Shown piece after piece: positions 58,669 to 64,000 of a stretch of 64,000 nucleotides of DNA. Location: positions 2,567-66,566 of the forward strand of contig CANPIC010000007.1 of assembly GCA_947574055.1 (NCBI GenBank), given 5' to 3'. The notes beneath the pieces are model-generated. The model ran no database searches. It worked only from the letters and a program-made list of their open reading frames with translations, and had not been told where the DNA came from. The translations under genes and the position numbers were made by a program. The number at the start of each line of letters is the position of its first letter. Position 1 is the stretch's first letter. This DNA comes from an uncultured bacterium (GTDB lineage: Bacteria; Bacillota; Clostridia; Lachnospirales; Lachnospiraceae).

Positions 58669-61353
58669 ATGGAACTGATTAATACCGATTTGCACTTGAC
58701 CGATTTGATAGACAGAAGGACATTACAGAGAATACAGGATGCTTTTTCCGGGATGGCAGGCATTGCTGCCCTTACGACGGACGTCAATGGACATCCGGTG
58801 ACGGAAGGCTCCCAATTCACAGATTTTTGCTTGTATACAAGAAGCTGTCCGGAGGGCTGCGAGCGTTGCCAGTACAGCAATAAAAACGGCGGCACTCTGG
58901 CAGTGAAAAGAGGGAAGGCAAGCGTTTATTACTGTCATGCGGGGCTGGTCAATTTCGCGGCTCCGATCATGGCCGGGGACAGGATTGTGGGCTGTTTTGT
59001 GGGCGGGCAGGTTCTGACAGCGCCGCCCAACAAAAAAGAGATCCGGCGGGTGGCGGAAGAGATTGGCATGGATCCGGAAAAATATCTGCAGGCGGCGGAA
59101 CAGATCAGGATAGTGGAGCGAAGAAACATTGATAATGCCGCCAGGTTCCTCTACACAATCGCGGATGTATTGTCTGATATGGCATATAATAATTTTGTGG
59201 TATATCATGCCAATATGGAACTGGAAAAAACAGCCAATATGAAATCGGATTTTCTGGCGAATATGAGCCATGAGATCCGGACCCCCATGAACGCGGTCAT
59301 CGGTATGGCGGAAATGGCACTGCGGGAAGACCTGCCCGCCACTGCCCGTGATTATATCAATCAGATCAAAGAAGCCGGGAAATCCCTTCTGACCATTATC
59401 AACGATATTCTGGACTTTTCCAAGATCGAGTCAGGCAAGATGGATATCAATCCGGTAGACTATGAACCGATGTCTATGATCTATGATGTGACCAATATCA
59501 TTATGACAAGGCTGAAGGAAAAAGATGTGGAACTGGTGCTGGATATTCCGCCGGATCTGCCTACCAAGCTGGAAGGTGACAACATCAGGATCAAACAGGT
59601 ACTCCTGAATCTTGCCAATAATGCTGCCAAATTCACGACCCAAGGCGAGATTGTCGTTAAGATAGATTATGAGAATACGGCGTATGGACAGATGGAACTG
59701 AATATTTCCGTGGAAGACACCGGCATCGGCATAAAAAAAGAGGACATTGCGAAGCTCTTTGAGTCGTTTCAGCAGGTGGACAGTAAGCGTAACCGCAACA
59801 TCGAAGGGACCGGTCTGGGACTTGCCATTTCCAGACGTCTTTTGACGCTGATGAACGGGAATATCCATGTGGAAAGCGAATATGAGCGCGGGAGCAGATT
59901 TTCTTTCCATTTGCCGCAGAAGATCGTGGACAGTACGCCATGTATCCGCATCAAAGACGCAGATGCGCTACTGGTAGCCGGATGGATTCACAGTCCTTAT
60001 GTGAAAGCACAGCTGCAGGCGGATATGGACAGGCTGGGCGTGGCATATCAGGAAGTAAATGAGGGAATAGATCTGGAGGCGCTCCCCAGGGATAAGCGAT
60101 TGTTTCTGTTTGTAGAGAAAGCGGCGCTCTCCCCAGCGCTGGAGGAATATGTGGCACAACATCCGGAGATTACTGCTGTTTTGTTGTTACAGTTTGATGA
60201 TAACAAACATTATGATCTGACTAATTTCCTGTTTCTGAAAAAGCCTCTTTTTACATTTAATATCGCGATGATTCTCAATGGTGAGGAGCCGGACTGCTGC
60301 AATGACAGCGGAGAACAGGAATTTGACTTTGTGGCACCGTCGGCGGAAGTCCTGATTGTAGATGACAATGCGGTAAATCTGACTGTGGCGGAGGGGCTGC
60401 TGGAACCGCTGCGAATGAGGATCGACACAGCAGTCAGTGGTAAGGTGGCCATTGACAAGATCAGCAAACGTCATTATGACATTGTACTCATGGATCATAT
60501 GATGCCGGAACTGGACGGGGTAGAGACGACACATCTGATCCGCCGGTTTCACCCGGAATATAATGATGTGCCCATTATTGCACTGACCGCCAATGCGGTG
60601 GAAGGCACAAAGGAAATGTTCTGCCGCGAAGGTATGAATGATTTTGTACCTAAGCCCATTGAACTTCGGTTACTGATCGCCAAGATCAGACAGTGGCTTC
60701 CAGTGGAAAAAATTCAGAAAATATACGGACAGGAGGCAGTGGAAAAATCAGAAAAGAAAGAAGCGATTGTCATCGGAGATCTGGATGTGGAATATGCACT
60801 GAAATTTCTCGGGAATGAAAATCTGTTCTGGACAGTTCTGAAGGTGTATTATCGTTCCATCGAGAAAAAAGCGGTTCTGATCCGGGAACTGGAAGAGCAG
60901 CAGGACTGGCCTGGTTATACCATTGAAGTCCATGCCCTGAAAAGCTCCTCCAAGCAGATCGGGGCCATCGAACTGGCGGAAATGGCAGCGGCGTTGGAGA
61001 TGGCGGGCAATGCCAGAAATTCGGCCTACATACACCAACACACAGAAGAAATGCTGGAACGATATCTGTCTTATCTGCCCATACTGGAACCGTTTTGCGG
61101 TGAGAACGAGGCAGAACAAAAAGAGAAGGGCCGTATTTCTTATGAGGAATTGCTGACCTGTTTTACGGACATGCGCCAGGCCATAGATGATCTGGATATG
61201 GATCGGATGGAGGAAGTGATCCAGCGCATGAATCAGTATGCGTACGAGAACTGGCAGCAGGAGCAGTTTGCACTGCTGCGTGATGCGGCGGAAGTCATGG
61301 ATGTGGATGAGTGTGAGACAATTCTGCAAAGCTGGGAACAGAAATTGATATAA
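58669..61353 (+). CDS. Cytosolic hybrid histidine kinase PocR-HisKA-HATPase-REC-HPt
   Basis: PocR: FTDFC..R..G..RC, YCHAGL..FAAPI, GGQV; SHEIRTPMN; GTGLGL; MDHMMP; VHALKSSS (HPt); no TM. Confidence 0.9.
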   Translation: MELINTDLHLTDLIDRRTLQRIQDAFSGMAGIAALTTDVNGHPVTEGSQFTDFCLYTRSCPEGCERCQYSNKNGGTLAVKRGKASVYYCHAGLVNFAAPIMAGDRIVGCFVGGQVLTAPPNKKEIRRVAEEIGMDPEKYLQAAEQIRIVERRNIDNAARFLYTIADVLSDMAYNNFVVYHANMELEKTANMKSDFLANMSHEIRTPMNAVIGMAEMALREDLPATARDYINQIKEAGKSLLTIINDILDFSKIESGKMDINPVDYEPMSMIYDVTNIIMTRLKEKDVELVLDIPPDLPTKLEGDNIRIKQVLLNLANNAAKFTTQGEIVVKIDYENTAYGQMELNISVEDTGIGIKKEDIAKLFESFQQVDSKRNRNIEGTGLGLAISRRLLTLMNGNIHVESEYERGSRFSFHLPQKIVDSTPCIRIKDADALLVAGWIHSPYVKAQLQADMDRLGVAYQEVNEGIDLEALPRDKRLFLFVEKAALSPALEEYVAQHPEITAVLLLQFDDNKHYDLTNFLFLKKPLFTFNIAMILNGEEPDCCNDSGEQEFDFVAPSAEVLIVDDNAVNLTVAEGLLEPLRMRIDTAVSGKVAIDKISKRHYDIVLMDHMMPELDGVETTHLIRRFHPEYNDVPIIALTANAVEGTKEMFCREGMNDFVPKPIELRLLIAKIRQWLPVEKIQKIYGQEAVEKSEKKEAIVIGDLDVEYALKFLGNENLFWTVLKVYYRSIEKKAVLIRELEEQQDWPGYTIEVHALKSSSKQIGAIELAEMAAALEMAGNARNSAYIHQHTEEMLERYLSYLPILEPFCGENEAEQKEKGRISYEELLTCFTDMRQAIDDLDMDRMEEVIQRMNQYAYENWQQEQFALLRDAAEVMDVDECETILQSWEQKLI

Positions 61354-61379
61354 ACTGGTAACAGGAAAGGAAACGTGCC

Positions 61380-63344
61380 ATGAGCAAAGGAACTTATTAC
61401 ATTACAACGGCCATTGCCTATACTTCGGGAAAACCTCATATCGGAAACAGTTATGAGATCGTACTGGCGGACAGTATCGCCAGATTTAAGCGGAAAGAAG
61501 GATATGATGTCTTTTTTCAGACCGGTACAGATGAACATGGGCAGAAGATCGAGCTGAAAGCCCAGGAAGCGGGTGTCACGCCCAAAGCATTTGTGGATGA
61601 TGTGGTGGGCACCATCAGGAACCTGTGGGATCTGATGGATACTTCTTATGATAATTTTATCCGCACCACGGATGAAAAGCATGAAAAACAGGTACAGAAA
61701 ATATTCAAACGTCTGTATGACCAGGGAGACATTTACAAAGGGGCTTATGAGGGGATGTATTGTACGCCTTGTGAATCTTTCTGGACCCAGGCGCAGCTTG
61801 TGGACGGAAAATGCCCGGACTGTGGCAGGGAAGTCAAACCCGCCAGAGAAGAAGCCTATTTTTTCAAGATGAGCAAATATGCCGACCGGCTGATCGAACA
61901 TATTAACAGCCATCCGGAATTTATTCAGCCTGTATCGCGCAGGAATGAGATGATGAATAATTTCCTTCTGCCGGGCCTGCAGGATCTGTGTGTTTCCCGT
62001 ACATCCTTTCAGTGGGGGATTCCCGTGGATTTTGACGAGAAACATGTGGTATATGTCTGGATGGATGCACTAAGTAACTATATCACAGGGATCGGCTATG
62101 ACTGTGGTGGTGAAAACGGTGAGCAATACCAAAAATACTGGCCTGCGGATTTGCATCTGATCGGCAAGGATATCATACGCTTCCATACAATATACTGGCC
62201 CATATTCCTGATGGCGCTCGGAGAGCCGCTGCCCAAACAGATATTTGGCCATCCGTGGCTGTTACAGGGAGACGGCAAGATGAGCAAATCCAGGGGCAAT
62301 GTCATCTACGCGGACGATCTGGTGGATTTTTTTGGTGTGGATGCCGTGCGTTATTTCGTGCTTCATGAGATGCCCTTTGAGAATGATGGCGTAATTTCCT
62401 GGGAACTGATGGTAGAACGCCTGAATTCTGACCTTGCCAATACACTGGGCAATCTGGTGAACCGTACCATTTCCATGAGCAATAAATATTTTGGCGGCGT
62501 TGTCAGTGACAGGCATGTGACGGAGGAAGTGGACGAAGATCTGAAAGCTGTGGCCTGTGCCACGCTGGGCAGAGTACAGGAAAAGATGGACAGTCTGCGG
62601 GTGGCAGACGCCATCACGGAAATCTTTGCCCTGTTCAAGCGCTGTAATAAATATATTGACGAAACAATGCCCTGGATTCTGGCAAAAGAAGAGAAGGATC
62701 ATGACCGCCTGGCCACGGTATTGTATCATCTGACGGAAGGGATCATCATCGGGGCTTCGTTATTAGAGCCGTTTATGCCGGGCTGCGCGGCCAATATTGC
62801 GCGGCAGCTCAATACAACGCTTCGCAGTTTTGACGACCTGCAGAAATTCGGCCTCTATCCGTCCGGCAACCGGGTGACAGAAAAGCCTGAGATTTTGTTT
62901 GCCAGACTGGATGTGAAGGAAGTGGTGGAAAAGGCGGAGGCTATGTTTGAGGCACGCCGTCAGGAACAGGCCGGAGACAGCGCTGATGAGGAAGAAGTTA
63001 TCGAGACGGAAACAAAGCCAGAGATAACATACGATGATTTTGACAGACTTCAGTTCCGGGTGGGGGAGATTATCGCCTGTGAGGAAGTGAAAAAATCCAA
63101 AAAGCTGCTTTGTTCCAAAGTAAAGATCGGCAAGGAAGTAAAACAGATTGTATCAGGTATTAAGCAGCATTATACAGCCGAAGAGATGGTGGGTAAGAAA
63201 GTCATGGTGCTGACAAATTTAAAACCGGCGAAGCTGGCCGGGGTGGTTTCGGAAGGGATGCTTTTGTGTGCCGAGGATGCAGAGGGCAGACTGGCACTGG
63301 TTGTCCCTGAAAAAGAGATGCCTGCCGGTGCGGAAATCTGTTGA
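61380..63344 (+). CDS. metG: Methionyl-tRNA synthetase with C-terminal tRNA-binding domain
   Basis: HIGN, GTDEHG, Zn knuckle, KMSKS, NLKPAKLAG..SEGM. Confidence 0.98.
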   Translation: MSKGTYYITTAIAYTSGKPHIGNSYEIVLADSIARFKRKEGYDVFFQTGTDEHGQKIELKAQEAGVTPKAFVDDVVGTIRNLWDLMDTSYDNFIRTTDEKHEKQVQKIFKRLYDQGDIYKGAYEGMYCTPCESFWTQAQLVDGKCPDCGREVKPAREEAYFFKMSKYADRLIEHINSHPEFIQPVSRRNEMMNNFLLPGLQDLCVSRTSFQWGIPVDFDEKHVVYVWMDALSNYITGIGYDCGGENGEQYQKYWPADLHLIGKDIIRFHTIYWPIFLMALGEPLPKQIFGHPWLLQGDGKMSKSRGNVIYADDLVDFFGVDAVRYFVLHEMPFENDGVISWELMVERLNSDLANTLGNLVNRTISMSNKYFGGVVSDRHVTEEVDEDLKAVACATLGRVQEKMDSLRVADAITEIFALFKRCNKYIDETMPWILAKEEKDHDRLATVLYHLTEGIIIGASLLEPFMPGCAANIARQLNTTLRSFDDLQKFGLYPSGNRVTEKPEILFARLDVKEVVEKAEAMFEARRQEQAGDSADEEEVIETETKPEITYDDFDRLQFRVGEIIACEEVKKSKKLLCSKVKIGKEVKQIVSGIKQHYTAEEMVGKKVMVLTNLKPAKLAGVVSEGMLLCAEDAEGRLALVVPEKEMPAGAEIC

Positions 63345-63533
63345 CGTGTTATGGAAGGACTAAAGAATACGTTTTCTTATGATTACATGATTTTTCCCGA
63401 TTTTCAGCATACTAAGGATGGCGGGGATGCCAGTCAGAGATAGCTGCCTGTGCAATGCCTGCAGGAATCTGAAAGAACAGATAGCGGTTCAGGCGGATAC
63501 ATGTCTGAGCCGTTATAAGAAAGAGGGATCTTT

Positions 63534-64000
63534 ATGAAAATTATGTTTTACAGTACAAAACCTTATGACAGATATTGGTTTGAACCGATGGGCAAGGACT
63601 ATGGCTTTGAAATGCATTTTGTGGAAATGCAATGTGACGAGGAAACACTGTCACTGGCACAAGGGTACGATGCCATCTGTATTTTTGTCAATGATTACGT
63701 GAATGCGGCCATGATCGAGCGGATGCAGCAGATGAAGATCAGGGGGATTTTGCTGCGCTGTGCCGGATTTAACAATGTAGATCTGCGGGCGGCGGAAGGC
63801 AAGCTGCATGTGCTGCGTGTTCCCAGTTATTCGCCGGAAGCGGTGGCGGAGTTTGCCATGGCGCTGCTTCTGACCGTAAACCGTTTTACGCATCGCGCCT
63901 ATGCCAGGACAAGAGACTATAATATGAACATCAATGGTTTCATGGGTGTGGATCTGTATAAAAAGACAGCAGGCGTGGTGGGTACCGGCAAGATCGGACA
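63534..64000 (+). CDS. ldhA: D-lactate / D-2-hydroxyacid dehydrogenase, truncated by window end
   Basis: Manual translation: MKIMFYSTKPYD..IFVND..LRCAGFNNVD..RVPSYSPEAVAE..GVVGTGKIG. Confidence 0.88.
   Translation, partial: MKIMFYSTKPYDRYWFEPMGKDYGFEMHFVEMQCDEETLSLAQGYDAICIFVNDYVNAAMIERMQQMKIRGILLRCAGFNNVDLRAAEGKLHVLRVPSYSPEAVAEFAMALLLTVNRFTHRAYARTRDYNMNINGFMGVDLYKKTAGVVGTGKIG

Noticed and set aside
61354-61379. T-box/SAM riboswitch before metG
   Set aside because: Intergenic gap too short; no T-box motif seen
1-64000. Mobile elements, prophage, rRNA/tRNA
   Set aside because: No transposase, integrase, phage genes or RNA gene signatures recognised by eye

Overview
Chromosomal segment of a spore-forming anaerobic Firmicute; gene content and order point to Lachnospiraceae (inference). 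Almost all genes are on the + strand. Left to right: (1) the conserved yaaO-yaaR-holB-yaaT-yabB-rsmI cluster, with pyk and a divergent guanylate-kinase-fold gene where Bacillus has tmk; (2) a type II fatty-acid synthesis operon (acpP-fabK-fabD-fabG-fabF-fabZ-fabX-like-fabH) with two FabT-type operators, no acc genes, and the FabT orthologue displaced to 29.5 kb; (3) a 938-aa unknown exported protein with three internal repeats; (4) a polar amino-acid ABC transporter with a circularly permuted binding protein, nagA, a DUF1538/P-II pair, and spmA/spmB split by an internally deleted AAA-nuclease remnant, a DUF3048 lipoprotein and an HD-GYP gene; (5) a ~25 kb L-arabinose region with a kinase/binding-protein/regulator three-component system, two AraR paralogues, a YtfQ-type (furanose) and a ChvE/GguAB-type ABC importer, araA-ribulokinase-araD, split transketolase and rpe, interrupted by a TerD/AIM24 cassette; (6) a cytosolic PocR hybrid kinase with an output-less receiver protein, metG and a partial D-lactate dehydrogenase. 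I saw no rRNA, tRNA, CRISPR array, transposase or integrase. Best candidates for undescribed biology: the furanose-type sensing/uptake module, the Gmk-fold gene at the tmk position, and the FabX homologue in an anaerobe. All family calls come from recognising motifs by eye; no searches were run.
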